Assembly (NCBI RefSeq): GCF_006345805.1
Contig: NC_043005.1
Coordinates: 81,406,001-81,470,000 of the forward strand
Reading direction: 5' to 3'
Source of the DNA: Octopus sinensis
Taxonomy: Eukaryota
Length of the DNA: 64,000 nt
Positions 51,461 through 64,000 of the stretch are shown here, piece after piece. The position numbers and the translations under genes are program-made. A model generated the notes under the pieces. The model ran no database searches. It was not told where the DNA came from and saw nothing but the letters and a program-made list of their open reading frames with translations. Within the stretch, counting starts at the first letter, position 1. The number at the start of each line of letters is the position of its first letter.

Positions 51461-52944
51461 AGAGATCTCATAGTAAGTTTCTCTATCATTCTGACCAACC
51501 ATTGAACTGTAGAGAGCATTTGCCAGTAAAAATTCTAACCATTTTTGTTTTATAGGAATTTTAAATTTCATTTGCAACATCATTCATTAATCAATTATTA
51601 CACAGCTTGTACAGCTAATAGAAATTAAATACACTGTCGTATTAACAGGTAAATTGGAACGTGGCTGCATATGTTGAATTCCTTTGTCAGCAATGAAATG
51701 CAATATCGGTGACAGGATATTGGATATTCCGTTACTTGGACATCACAATATAATTAAACGAAATCCATATTTACATAAAACATAACTAACAAAACAATTA
51801 AAATTGAAGAAGTCATTTTATGAAAATTGCTAATAGTCCCTCATCGTTTATTAATCGTTCGCAATTAGCTTGCTTTATTTTTTTGTTTTTAATAAAAGAC
51901 TGCATCATTTGATTGAATATATCAATTACTAATCTTTTAGTGTCCAATTTCGGCTAATTGACAAACCAATAACGAAGTTATTTTGATACTAATTAGAAGA
52001 GCAATTCTTGTTTATTGCTCAGCTGCATAAACATAGTCGATAGATATGCATATATATCGTCAATAATTATTCACATGCAAATAACTAGATAACACTAATT
52101 TTACCTTTTCTAAACAACGCTTTTTCTTGGGAAATACGAGCTAAGAGAAAGCATCGACATTTAAGAATTTAGTTCGTATTAAATCAATGAATATATTTAA
52201 ACAATGGATTTATGTGTTCATGTAATCCAACCAAATGTAACCAAATGTAATTTCCTGATTTCTGAGCGCTCTTAAAACAATTACTAAAGCTGGATCTTCT
52301 ATAATACTGTGTTTGGCCGAATACTGAGCAATCTTATTCTTCATCGTACAAGAAATTAAATTCATTGCTGCATCTAAGATTGGAAACTGAATTTTTGAAA
52401 CAAGAGTAGCTTTAATCCATTAATTACTAATAGTGTACAGGAACATGTGGCAATCTAAGTCCGATTCATGGTTTTTATTGCATATCTTCCAGGAAGGTTA
52501 TAATCTTCATAGAAAATATGTAGACGCCAGATACAAGAAACATGCATTTATGTTATGCTACTAAAATGGTAAGTCTTTTGTATTTGAGAAAAGTTATGTT
52601 ATATACTTTACGAAGTATTGTTATAATACTTCTTCAAGCAAGATACTTCTTATGCACAACTTGAAGGCAGAAATGATACGTATGTTTAGTGCGACCACAG
52701 AATCAGTGAATGTCTCACTTGAATGCTTTAAATGCAATGGATTTATCTGTTAACGTTGTTCATGCAAAACTTGACAGATCCCAAAATAAGAAAGAGCAAG
52801 CAGCTGAGATACCGATGGTTCGTGTGTTACTTGTTGTCTATCATTGAAAACATTTGTGAGATAGGTTGCTGTTAAATAACACCGATATGAAAATGCTTGT
52901 ATGATAAATCATGATATCGCGTTTGAATTCATTTCCTGTATTAA

Positions 52945-53335
52945 CGATCTTTAATTCGTTTTAGTCACTTGAGTTAAGTTATTCTGGGGCGCAGCTTTGA
53001 AGAGTTTAGCCGAACAAATCAACTCAAGTACTTAGTCTTTCAAAGTCTTCTGCTTATTCTATCCTTCCTTTTTGACGAACCGCTAACTTACGGAGATGTA
53101 ATGAAACCAACACCGATTTCTAAGAGGCGAGAGGGGGAATAAATCTAAAGAGGCACACATATCTGTATGTGTGTTTATACGATGAACTATCACAAAGTTT
53201 GTAATCCAAATTCACAAAACGTATTGTTCGCTCCGGCGCAATATTGAAGACGCTTGTCGAAGGTACTGCGCAATGGGACTGAACCCGAAACCACGCGGCT
53301 GCGAAATGATATTCTTAACCACACGACATTGCTCA
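52945..53335 (-). mobile_element. Family C SINE, degenerate full length
   Basis: gggactgaacccgaaaccac head complement, cgaaccgctaacttacgg. Confidence 0.8.
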
Positions 53336-53713
53336 TATACTGAATGTTTATTGCAGATACTTTTGACACACAAGCACTGGAATCAACAAGAGATGGTTTG
53401 CAATAATTAAATCATTTCGACAATCATAAATAACAAAATTATGACTACAGCCGCGAGTAGAATAAGACGTACGTAAACCATTTATTTCTTCAGGCAGACG
53501 CTTCTTTTCAGACAGTAGACAAAGAGTCTATTCCTCTTTTGATTATTGATTACAGTAAAAAAAACATAGTGGCACCGGTAGGAGTGAAGTGAAATCAGGT
53601 AACTATCTGTGGTTAACAATAAGTCCTACATTACAAACCAGTCTCAGATTATTTGATGAATTACCCCTTAGTCCATAACGTACGCACATTCATGAATATC
53701 ATATCAGAATATA

Positions 53714-53784
<71 letters not shown>

Positions 53785-54543
53785 CGGAACAAAGAAGAAA
53801 AATAATGTTTCTTAATATTATTTATTTACATTTCATTCTGTTCTTTTTTCTTTCATATAACCTCAGGAGATATCTTTATAACAGAAGATTATTGCTAAAC
53901 TTATCATTTAAGTTACAAGAACATTTGACATTTTATAGCGCAGCTTTAAATTCTTTCGTCTTTTCATGTCACTGTTTTCTTCAAACTAGCGCTTCAGATA
54001 TTTTATCTGAATTTTTTGGTTCATTTAATTTTTCATATTTTTATCATGTTCAGAAAAACATTACGGACGTCACTAAAAGGTCAGTTTTAAATTGCATTGT
54101 ATTCGCATCTAATAGCTCTGCGTCTATCAAAATGAATCTCTTAACTTAGAAGGTCTAAAGTTGTGAAAATTAGAATACGACGTAGAAAGAAAGACGAAAA
54201 ATTATGAACGTGAAGAAGAAATAAATACAGAGATGGTTAAAGGAAGAGAAAAACGAAAACGAAGTTCTGGTCTAAAATAGTTTTCAATTTATGATCTGAA
54301 AACAAAACCCTTAGAAGAAATCATATTTTAAATAGTTTAGTATCTGATGAACGGGAATGTAAAAAAAAATGTAATTCATGAATATATTCCATTTCAAAGG
54401 AATTGCTTCCTCATGAGCAAATAAGCGTAAATTGTAAGTCTGTTTGGGACGAATGATAATTGTAAAAATCACACGAAATAGTTATAACTACTCAAAAACG
54501 TGACGATAGAACTAAACAACGTGACTTCAAAATAAGTAAAATG

Positions 54544-54581
<38 letters not shown>

Positions 54582-54608
54582 TAATAATAATAATAATGAT
54601 AATAATAA

Positions 54609-54810
54609 TCCTTTCTACTATAGGCACAAAGTCTGAAATTTGGGAGAAGGGTGCTAATTGATTAAAGTGACGCCAATGCTGGAGTAGTACTTAATTTATC
54701 GACCGACCCCGAAAGAATGAAAGGTAAAGTGGACTTCGGTGGAATTTGAACTCAGAACGTAAAGATGAACTAATTTCGCTGAACACTTTCCAGGCATGCT
54801 AAGGGATTCC
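54609..54810 (-). mobile_element. Family B SINE with (AAT)n tail at 54545-54609
   Basis: ctttctactataggcacaa..ggaatttgaactcagaacgt. Confidence 0.85.
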
Positions 54811-54894
54811 TGCCTTTGTATAGCAACAACAACACCATCACTACCACCACCACCACCAACAACAACACCAATCTCACCAACAACTATAGTAATA

Positions 54895-56645
54895 CTTCCT
54901 TTTTATTGGCTACGAGCGCCGAGCGCCGTGTATACAATAAGTGACAAAGAAAAACACACACAAGACAGTTTAACAATAAAACTTCCTCAAAATGGGTTGA
55001 GTTCCTCACAGGAACAACCGCAGAACTCCAAACAACCTGGTTATCCCAATCTCCAGGTGCACCTCAGCAGGCTCTTCTTTACTTCTCAATTCCTCCGGTT
55101 TACAAACGAAAGTTCAGGGTAGGCCCATTCACACGGGGCATCTTCGCGACATACACCAATCTTTCAACAAATTTAGTGAGGTACCGAACTTCCCTCTCCA
55201 CCCTCACTTTTCTTTTCAGGTGGAACTTGAAAAAGTCGATGAGACCTTCGCCGAAGAGGAAATTATCTGTCTTCAGTCTTTTCAGTCTCGTTCACCACAC
55301 TACCTCCTTCACCTTAGCCACCATCTTCCAGGCCAAAGGAAGGAGGTGGGGCGATCTTCACGATGGACTCGGCTGATAACCGGATCCGTCCTACTCGCGA
55401 TAACAGCTGTTCGACAAAGTTCCACAAGTCAGTAATACACTAACACTGGACGAGTGCGTGCTGAATAGTTTCATTGCCCTGCGCACACCTTCAGACAGTA
55501 CTGCCGTGTTTGCAGAGCTTGTCTCGAACCGGCAGAGCTCCTCAGTAGCATTTCCAGGCGAGGAATTTCTGGAAGTTATCCATAATTCTCGGCCAGAATA
55601 TCCTACGGAAAAGACCAGTTAATTGATCCCTCCCGACGCCCAGTTTCTCCAAGGACGTCGTCGTTCTTGCCCACCACTAATTCCCTATAGAACGCCATAG
55701 TGGAACTTTCTTGGTTTCCGTTTGATCCAGAACTATAGTTCCGTCAATGAGAAGAGCTGAGGAAAATCCTGCTTATCAAACGGCGAGCACACCTGTTCAT
55801 GCTTACGAAAGTGCTGGAGATGTTGTAGTCTCAGCGCGTCATTAGCCATGGTATGCCCAGTCCTCCACCCAGCGGTCGTTAACAACAGATGGACCATCTG
55901 ACAAGCGAAACACATCCCTTCCACAGAAAGCAGAAAAGCAAGCGCTCCAACTTGGTTAGCCTTGAAGTGAGGCAACGGATGATGGTCAGACGGAATTAGA
56001 TGACAGAAGTGATGTACGCATTCGCCACATCCGCCCAACCTTTCCGGGAGAGCTTCCTCTCTGCCCATTTCTGAATGAGATTGGCTGCTTTGCTTGTCTC
56101 CTCCCCACAGTTCTTATGCATAGAATAGTGCATGTCTGCCCGTTACAGACCAGCTTAACGACGACAAGCGCCAACCTCTTAGATAGTACGTTGGGCAAAA
56201 TCTTAAAATCTGTGTTTAGCTGTGTTATGGATCTAAAATTATCTAAATGTTCCTCTTTGTTCGGATTCTTTCTCAGCAGCACCACCATTCCATGGCTCAC
56301 ACCACTGTGCATTCTCCTGTTCTACTGCCAGTTGTGGTAGCCATCCCCCAAGAGATCACCGAAGAAGTCTGGCATATGAAGATAAAGCTCGAAGGGCAGA
56401 ACATCCAACCACGGAGTCTTCTCCGCTGTGCAGCTCGTCACCACGCCCTGTAAGTTTTCAGCTGTTATCAGCATTTCGCAGAATTTTGTCTCCCTGGCCG
56501 AAAGGCGATGCACGTCATCGAGGTAGGAGGTGATATCCACCTTCATCCCCGACACACTGCATACCCGGAACAGTTCGGCGAAGCGCTGCTAAAATTCCCT
56601 ACACATTTACTTGGACTTGTGTAGCATACGTCCGACCCGGCCCAC
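54895..56645 (-). mobile_element. Decayed, internally deleted L1/Tx1-type LINE
   Basis: KTPWLDVLPFELY..VVLLRK..DNFRSITQLNTDFKILPNVLSKRL (RT N-terminus), GGLGIP-like motif, LPVRDKL..RCAQGNETIQHALVQC (zf-RVT-like); ends with AATAAA on the minus strand. Confidence 0.85.
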
Positions 56646-57209
56646 CAAGGACACATTTAAAAAAAAAATTATTCATTTCCAGCAATCCAGGAGGTAAAAG
56701 AACCGCTGCCTTACCCCACTCAATTTTTATGCCTTTTTATCTTTTGTTTTTTTCTTTTTTTGGCTTAGGCCAATATTTTGGCTTTTCATCAGGGGACAAC
56801 AGAAACATTTCTTTTTTCAAAGCTGGCTACGTCGGAATTTTTTTTTAATTCGTGGAATCATTGTTTTGGTCGGTGTCGTTTACATTAATCAACTTTGTCG
56901 GGGATTTTTGTATTTTGTTTTTTGGTGGGGTGGAGGATTACTATTTCGCAGGTGTCAATAGTGGACGTAGTTGTGTTGCTGCTTTTCTATTATCTTCTGT
57001 CTCTCTCTCTTTTCCGTCTTCGCATTCCTGCTGTTGCTACTGCTGATTTCACAAGCTTCGCGAGGCCTCACGTTGCTAAAGCTGTTGTGTCGCTGCGAGT
57101 GAGTGATATGAAGGGGGAGGGGGGGTTCGACGCTCCCATGGTGGTCTCTAATACGGATGGTAATAGTGATGATGATGATGCCATCTGGTGTGTTTGTGCC
57201 TTCTTTTTT

Positions 57210-57255
57210 ACAAGAACACACCAGCATCTGTTGTCAAGCGATGTTGGTGGGACAA

Positions 57256-57292
<37 letters not shown>

Positions 57293-57455
57293 CGACGGGC
57301 TTCGTTCAGTTTCCGCCTACCAATTCAACTAAAAAGGCTTTGGTCGGTCCGAGGCTATAATAGAAATCACTTGCGCAATGTTCCACGCAGCGGGACTGAA
57401 CCCGGAACCATGTGGTTGGTAAGCAAGCTACTTACCACACAACGACTCATGCGCC
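57210..57455 (-). mobile_element. Family C SINE, 5' part
   Basis: gggactgaacccggaaccatgtggttggtaagcaagctacttaccacac..tgcgcct. Confidence 0.9.
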
Positions 57456-57997
57456 TGTTACTTTATAACAAAAATTAATGACGTATTTGTGAGAAAGACA
57501 GGGTGAAAAACACAGTTTAAAGCCTAACTTACGAAACGTGTTTGAAACAACGTCTCACGTATTCCGCGGCGAATAACAACAACAACAATAATAATAATAT
57601 TAATAATATAACCTTCTAATTTCTGAATGAGGCTAGGAATTTGAGACCAAGGAGCACGTCTACTACAGGGAAAATGTTGTTCCTGGATTCCTCGAACTAA
57701 CAAAGCCCAAATATATTCATTAGGATAAAAAGACATAGGAAAATATACCAGAAGTATATAAGCAAGACAACTGAGGTCAATGACGAAAAGGATTACCACA
57801 TATTCTCTGCAATATGCCATCCAAACTGACGAAGTTTGATATTGTAATAAATGATCCAAGCAACTGGAAATGTATAATTTTTGACATAGAAATATATTCT
57901 GAAAGAAAGATATCAGTAAATTTCACTGTGTAGCTGACCATGTACATTTCTGAATGTGAAAATCAACAGAATGTAGAATGATAGAGCAAAATGATAC

Positions 57998-58231
57998 TTA
58001 TTTCTTTACTACCAACAAGGGGCTAAACACAGAGAAAACAAACAAGGACAGGCACACGGATTAACTCGATTACATCGACCCCAGTGCGTAACTGGTACTT
58101 CATTTATAGACCCCGAAAGGATGAAAGGCAAAGTCGAACTCGTCGGAATTTGAGCTTAGAACGTAACGGCAGACAAAATACGGCTACGCATTTCGCCCGG
58201 CGCGCTAACGTTTCAGCCAGCTCGCCGCCTT
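57998..58231 (-). mobile_element. Full-length SINE family A with 17-bp TSD
   Basis: Flanks ATAGAGCAAAATGATAC / ATAGAGTGAAATGATAC. Confidence 0.95.
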
Positions 58232-58997
58232 ATAGAGTGAAATGATACAGTTGTTCACGTGTAGCTGTGTTCATTTACGTGCACATACGAGTGTTTGTAT
58301 GCAGTGTTAAAATCTGAACTTGCGTTGTTTGTTTAGCCTACTTCTGTCCGTCATCGGCGAGAATACTTGAAAATTACTGAATTAATAAGAAACAGCTAAT
58401 GACACAATCTTTATGCCTCAAATATTTTTAACATCTAAGACTTCGTGAAATGCATTAAACATCAATATAAAAAACTGCGGGATAGAAAAATCATTTTCTG
58501 AGAGAATTTGATCAGACTAGACAGAAATAGACGGATAATAAATGTTAAGATTCAATGCATTACTGTGTCAAAATAAAAGAATTTATGTATGGACATAAAA
58601 TAAGACATTCCGGATTGTGTTTCCTATAGATAAAGATCGCTTCTGTCACAAGCAGCATTAAGAGACAGTTCCAGCGTAAATGTTGGATATAGAAATCTCG
58701 GCTAATAATAAAACGTGATAATAATAGCAATAATAATAATAATTATAATAAAGATAATATTAATAAGGATAGTAATTTTATACATATATGCGACTGTCAG
58801 TTATTTTAAATCTATTAATCGGTTTCATCTTTAGGAAACAGGCTGCCCAGCAAGAATGCATCTTTATATAGCATAGAAATCCATCAGCTTTTAGTTAAAG
58901 CATTGTGATGAATGCCATTAGAGAAGAACGATTTTCAAGACGAATCAGAACAAAAATTAATAAGAAAAATTGGTCAAGAAAATGGATAATATAGAAC

Positions 58998-59150
58998 TGG
59001 ATGATGATGATGATGATGATGGTGATTATGATGGCGATTATGATGATGAGGAGGAGGAGAAGGAGGACCATTAGGATGATTACTACGACCATAAAGGAGG
59101 AGGAACATTAGGATTACGAGCATGATGAGTATGATGAAGATGATGATAAT
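58998..59150. repeat. (GAT)n/(GAG)n degenerate trinucleotide tract
   Basis: Visible directly. Confidence 0.9.
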
Positions 59151-59304
59151 TAGAGAAAACGTTGACAACGATGACAGAAACCAGAATATGAATATATATT
59201 ATCATTCCTAATACTGGCAAAAAGGAATAAATGCGAGAGGTTAGAGACGAAATTATAAAGAGACCATTAAATGGCTGGTATTTATTCAATCCACTACAAA
59301 ATAA

Positions 59305-60548
59305 TCGTTTCTACTATAGCTAAAAGACATAAATTTTGTGAGGAAGGGACTACACGATCATATCGACACCAGCGCACGATTGGCACTTATTTTATCGAAC
59401 TCGAACGGATGAAAGGAAAGATTGAACTCTGCGGAATTTGAACTCAGAACGTAACGGCATACGAAATACCGCTAAGAATTTCGCCCGGCGTGTGAACGTT
59501 TCTGCCAGCTCACCGCTTTAATATGTGCAAATGCTGATTTCAAATTTTGACATAAGGCCAGCAATTTCGGGGAAGCGGGGAAATTGATTACATCGATCCC
59601 GGTGCTCAAGAGGTATTCAGTTTACCGACCCCGAAATGAAAAACTGCAAAGTCGGCGTCGGCGGAACTGGAACTCAGAACATAAAGGCACACGAAATGTC
59701 ATAAATCATTTAAATCGGCGTTGTAACGATTCTGGCAGTTCGCCGCCTTGACAAATTCGACCCCAGAGGTATTTGAACTCAGAACGTAAGGACGGACAAT
59801 AAACCGTTGAGCATTTTGTCCAATATATACTATTATTAATATTACAATTTAGGGCGGTGAGCCGGCAGAAGTGTTAACTCACCGGACAAAATGCTTAGCG
59901 GCATTTCGTCCGTCATTGCGTTCTAACTTCAAATTCCGCCATGGTCAACTTTGCCTTTCATTCTTTTGCAGTCGATGAAATCAGAATCAGTCGTATGCTG
60001 GATTCGGTGTAATAGACTTTCTCCCACCCTCGAGATTCTGGCGTTGTATCCAAATTTGAAACCTATATTACTTTTAAGGGCAGTGATTTAGCAGAATCGT
60101 AAGTGATTTAGCAATATCGGCAAGCTGGCAGAAACGTTAGCACGCCCGCCGAAATGCTTAGCTGTATATCGTCTGCCGCTACGTTCTGAGTTCAAATTCT
60201 GCCGAGGTCGACTTTGCCTTTCATCCTTTCGGGGTCGATAAATTAAGTACCAGTTACGTACTGGGGTAGATGTAATCGACTTAATCCCTTTGTATGTTCC
60301 TGTTTGTCCCCTCTCTGTTTAGCCCCTTGTGTGCAATAAAGAAATAAGAATCGTAAGCATGACGGGAAAAATGCCTAGCGATATTTCGTCCGTCTTTACG
60401 TTCTGAGTTCAAATTCCGCCGTGGTTGAGTTCGCCTTTTATCCATTTGGTTTCATGACAGTAAGTAGCAGTCGAGTGCTAGGGTTGATGTAATCGACTTA
60501 CCCTCTCCCCCGAAATTGCTGGCCATGTGACAAAATTCGAAATCAATA
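59305..60548. mobile_element. Cluster of six family A/B SINEs: three minus, then three plus, one of them nested
   Basis: Minus copies at about 59305-59518, 59535-59750 and 59755-59822. Plus copies at about 59850-60065 and 60075-60548, the latter interrupted by 60119-60346 (TSD AGAATCGTAAG). Confidence 0.92.
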
Positions 60549-61031
60549 TTATATTAATACATAAGCTGTTTCTTCCATACTGAAATTGATACAATACGAA
60601 GAAGCTTGCGAAACACTCGAAACCCGATGGAAGTTACATGGTTAAATATATATATATTAACGTTACTATACCTCCTCACTTTCTTTATGTAGGTCTCATG
60701 AAATAATCTAGTCGATCGGATCTTCATGATTTTTTAGTTCCATAGTTGCAATGGATTACTTTGTGGACAGTTAGCCGAGTCAGTAGGAGGAGCATTCAGT
60801 GATAGACCGACAATTCTTTGAATCGTCATATTGTATTGTATATGATAAGGATTAGCACGCCGAATCGTCGAAGTGGCTGTCACCCCTCTACATGTAAAAG
60901 TTTAATAAACATGCACATACTAAAAGGTAATGAGTAATTCTAGTTTGAAGTTAGATTGTTTTTGCGACTTAACGTAAAAACAAACATGTAACGGGTGAGC
61001 GTGTGCGTAAGCATAGAGGAAGTGACAGAAT

Positions 61032-61034
61032 GAG

Positions 61035-61072
<38 letters not shown>

Positions 61073-61090
61073 CAGAGAGAGAGAGAGAGA
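61032..61090. repeat. (GA)n microsatellite
   Basis: Visible directly. Confidence 0.95.
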
Positions 61091-62770
61091 TGCAAAGATG
61101 TTTCTCAAATCATTATAAAATCTTTTTGAGTATTCGACAAAATTTTCTTTTGGCTAATTTACAAGACAATGCAGTATTTAATTAGAGATGCAAAACGTAG
61201 GGAAATTTTCCTAATGAGATTGTTGTATCAGTCTGTAGTCAGCCAAAATGATTATGTTTACATTTATTTGAAATGCAACGCAAGAAGATCTGAAACTCAA
61301 GTGTCGACACTGAAATTAAAAGTCTAGATAATTATAGTCTTCCATTGTCAATGATACAACGTTAATAATAACTGAGTTTAATTAGGCAATTATCTACGAC
61401 TAATTTAGTTCACAATATAAAACAATATAAAATATAGATTGATATAGAGTAAGATAACCGAGTAGTCTATCAGAATAAAATAAGACATTTTTTTAATTAT
61501 ATATCTTTTAAGTCACTATTCACACCTAGCACAATGTTTAATCTTCCAATGACTTTAAAATTATAGGCGACTGTGTAAGATGAACCATTCATCGACTAAG
61601 ATTCAGATCTATGAATCTCAGTCATTCCGCTATAGTTCGTGCGAGAGAACGTACCATTACCATCGTCAGTTGGGGTAGAAGTGGTACATTGTTTGCAAAG
61701 CTCACCTCAAAATCAGGTGGATTTGTGTTCTATATGTCCAAGCATGTATTACGACAAGTGTCATCTTAAATTTTGTTAGCCCTTATTACTTAGATGGATA
61801 TTTGCTGAGAAGAAACTGCGATAGACCAGTGAATGGACTCTCCATATCTTTTAGACGACTTTACTATTTTCTCTTTTTTTCTCGACTTGACGAATATACA
61901 AACACAAACTCATATATTCGCACTCAGAAATCCATATAAACTCCTTTTTACTATATAAACCTATATAAGTATCACAATAAATTAGCAGAATTTTTCTCTG
62001 AGTCAAAGCTGACATATTTGATGTATTACAACACATCTTTTCCAGATGATCTTCTGATTTTCTGCTTGATACTTTACCAAAACTTGTCCTGGTTCTTAAG
62101 TCCCCATTATCCCACCTCATTTAAACCTTCTGTAAAATGCTACGGGTGCTGCCTTCATCCACGTACTATGTTATAAACTACAAAAACTGTTCACATGCCA
62201 ATAAAATATATAATAACCCCAACTACAACTCGCGATGGTCCAGGAATGTGATAAACAGAGCATATTTCGCATAAAATCAATGCAGTCAGTTTTCGGTGAT
62301 GTTTCCTTGCTAATTAACATTCAATGTACTTTTATATACATTGTCATTGGAGAGCAAATACAAAGAAGAATCAAACATTGTGTATGAGTCTAATCGTCAA
62401 ATGCATGTAAAGCAGAGATACATGGCATAATGCATCTGTTGTTGCGTATCACGCTGACATCCACCAATCGAGTAACTACTGTGGTGGTTTCGTCAGAATG
62501 CAAAACATAGATAAGACCCTAACATCTATGTTATTTATCGAGCCCCCATGTTCTAGTTTGGCATGCTGGTGTAGCACTGCCGAGCTATTCTCTACCTTGA
62601 AATCCCGCCAGTATAGCCTTATCCTCACTGCTATGTCTCTATAATGTACGACGTTGTGTTTCTGCATAGTCCCTATGTTTCTGCGCTCCTAGTTTTGCTG
62701 TTTATCCGTGGGCTTAATTCACAAAACAGGGATGTTATTGGTAAATGTTCATAGATTGTGAACAATCATA

Positions 62771-62980
62771 TACAAGGGATTACTGAAATGTTCCTGGTTT
62801 TAAGGGCATCGCGAAAGTTTGGAGGCTTAACCTTCCAAGTTCTTTTCCAGGTTCTAGAAAACTGAACGACTGCTTCAATAAGTGTGTAAATCTGAGAGGA
62901 GAATATGTTGAATAAGAAAATTAACTGATCCTTTATTTTTTTTTTACCCAAAGTCAGGAACTTTACAGCACCCCCTCGTA
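62771..62980 (+). mobile_element. Mariner-derived MITE with TA ends
   Basis: tacaagggattactgaaatgttcctgg / tcaggaactttacagcaccccctcgta; the interior resembles a mariner transposase C-terminus (KCVNLRGEYVE). Confidence 0.8.
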
Positions 62981-63490
62981 TGAGCCAATGTCTTCTTAAG
63001 TGCAACGTTGTTGCTAGTCTCAAATATCTGTGTTAAAAAAATATATTTCAAATGGTCGTGGCTCGCCTGTATCGTTAAGAGGTCTTCTTCATCACTATGT
63101 GTTTTTAGGTTCGATCTCATTGTGTGGTCTCTTCTGGAATTGTCTACTATAAAACACTTCTGTGTAAGAATTGGTAAATAAAAACAGTGGGTGATTTTCC
63201 TTTTTCCACCCCTTGTAAAGGAAGTGAAAATTACCAAATATATTGCAAATTGTGCTGTTGGCTACATGTACTGACACTGATAGGATACAAACATGAGCCT
63301 TCATATACATTGCTTTACTGCTCCTATAGCTCAAACGAACTGAAAGAAATACTGAGTACATATTCTTCAATATTTTTAACCAGTTTGTATTTTGCTCATA
63401 TATATTTAACGTACTTTTAAAACGGAATTCACAATGTTCATTGTGTGGTGTTTTTGTAAAGTATGTTGAAAATGTGTGGCTATATATTCG

Positions 63491-63525
<35 letters not shown>

Positions 63526-64000
63526 TTAGTGCATGAACCATTAGCATATTGGAAAAAAGTAAACTGAAAAATAAACATAATTATGAACAGAGGACAGGTT
63601 TTGTTTCTTACTTTACTTGACTGTAAGGAAGACAAATCCAGATAGATTTCTTTCTTAGTTTATCGCCATTATCTATACGTCAACATCCAGCGACTTTACA
63701 CAGTCTCGGTGAAATAATAGCGAATTCAATGCATGATCTGATAACTTTGTGCATGAAAATAAACTCGTATGGGTGTCTTTTTGAATTATATCGCTTTTGA
63801 GTCGATGATAAATATACTACCCCATTGCTAAAGTAGATTCTTCTCACTGCTTCTCTACATTTAACCGAATTCAGTCTAACCATGCTATACATTGCCATAC
63901 TGAGACGGTATGTTAGCTGCGTTACGGATACTCATGCCTATGGAATATTCAACCATTAAAATGTTAATTCCAAACTTAATACTGAGGCGATCGTATACAT

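Noticed and set aside
57524-57859. 111-aa hydrophobic minus-strand ORF
   Set aside because: No recognisable domain; runs into low-complexity and SINE-tail-like sequence.

Overview
This is AT-rich, repeat-dense animal genomic DNA. The tRNA-derived SINE families and microsatellite load look like a coleoid cephalopod, probably Octopus (recognised from memory, not searched). Most of the window appears to be intron of one minus-strand gene. I can assemble three phase-0 exons: 27528-27349, 10480-10433 and probably 7553-7500. They encode the M3-M4 helices and C-terminus of a pentameric ligand-gated ion channel subunit of the short-loop, GLIC/ELIC-like ('Cys-less') invertebrate type. Its upstream exons were not found and probably lie beyond position 64000. 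The rest is transposon landscape: a young, nearly intact CR1/L2-group LINE; decayed L1/Tx1, RTE and RLE-type (R4/Dong-like) fragments; a Helitron Rep pseudogene and a complete non-autonomous Helitron; MITEs; and more than 25 SINE copies. There are also long intronic inverted repeats and very large compound microsatellites. Almost all long ORFs in the supplied track are microsatellite artefacts. The best leads are the channel gene, a SINE-LINE shared 3' tail with a covarying hairpin, recurrent templated inserts at SINE 5' junctions, and intronic dsRNA-forming repeats. I see no evidence of a wholly new multi-gene system.
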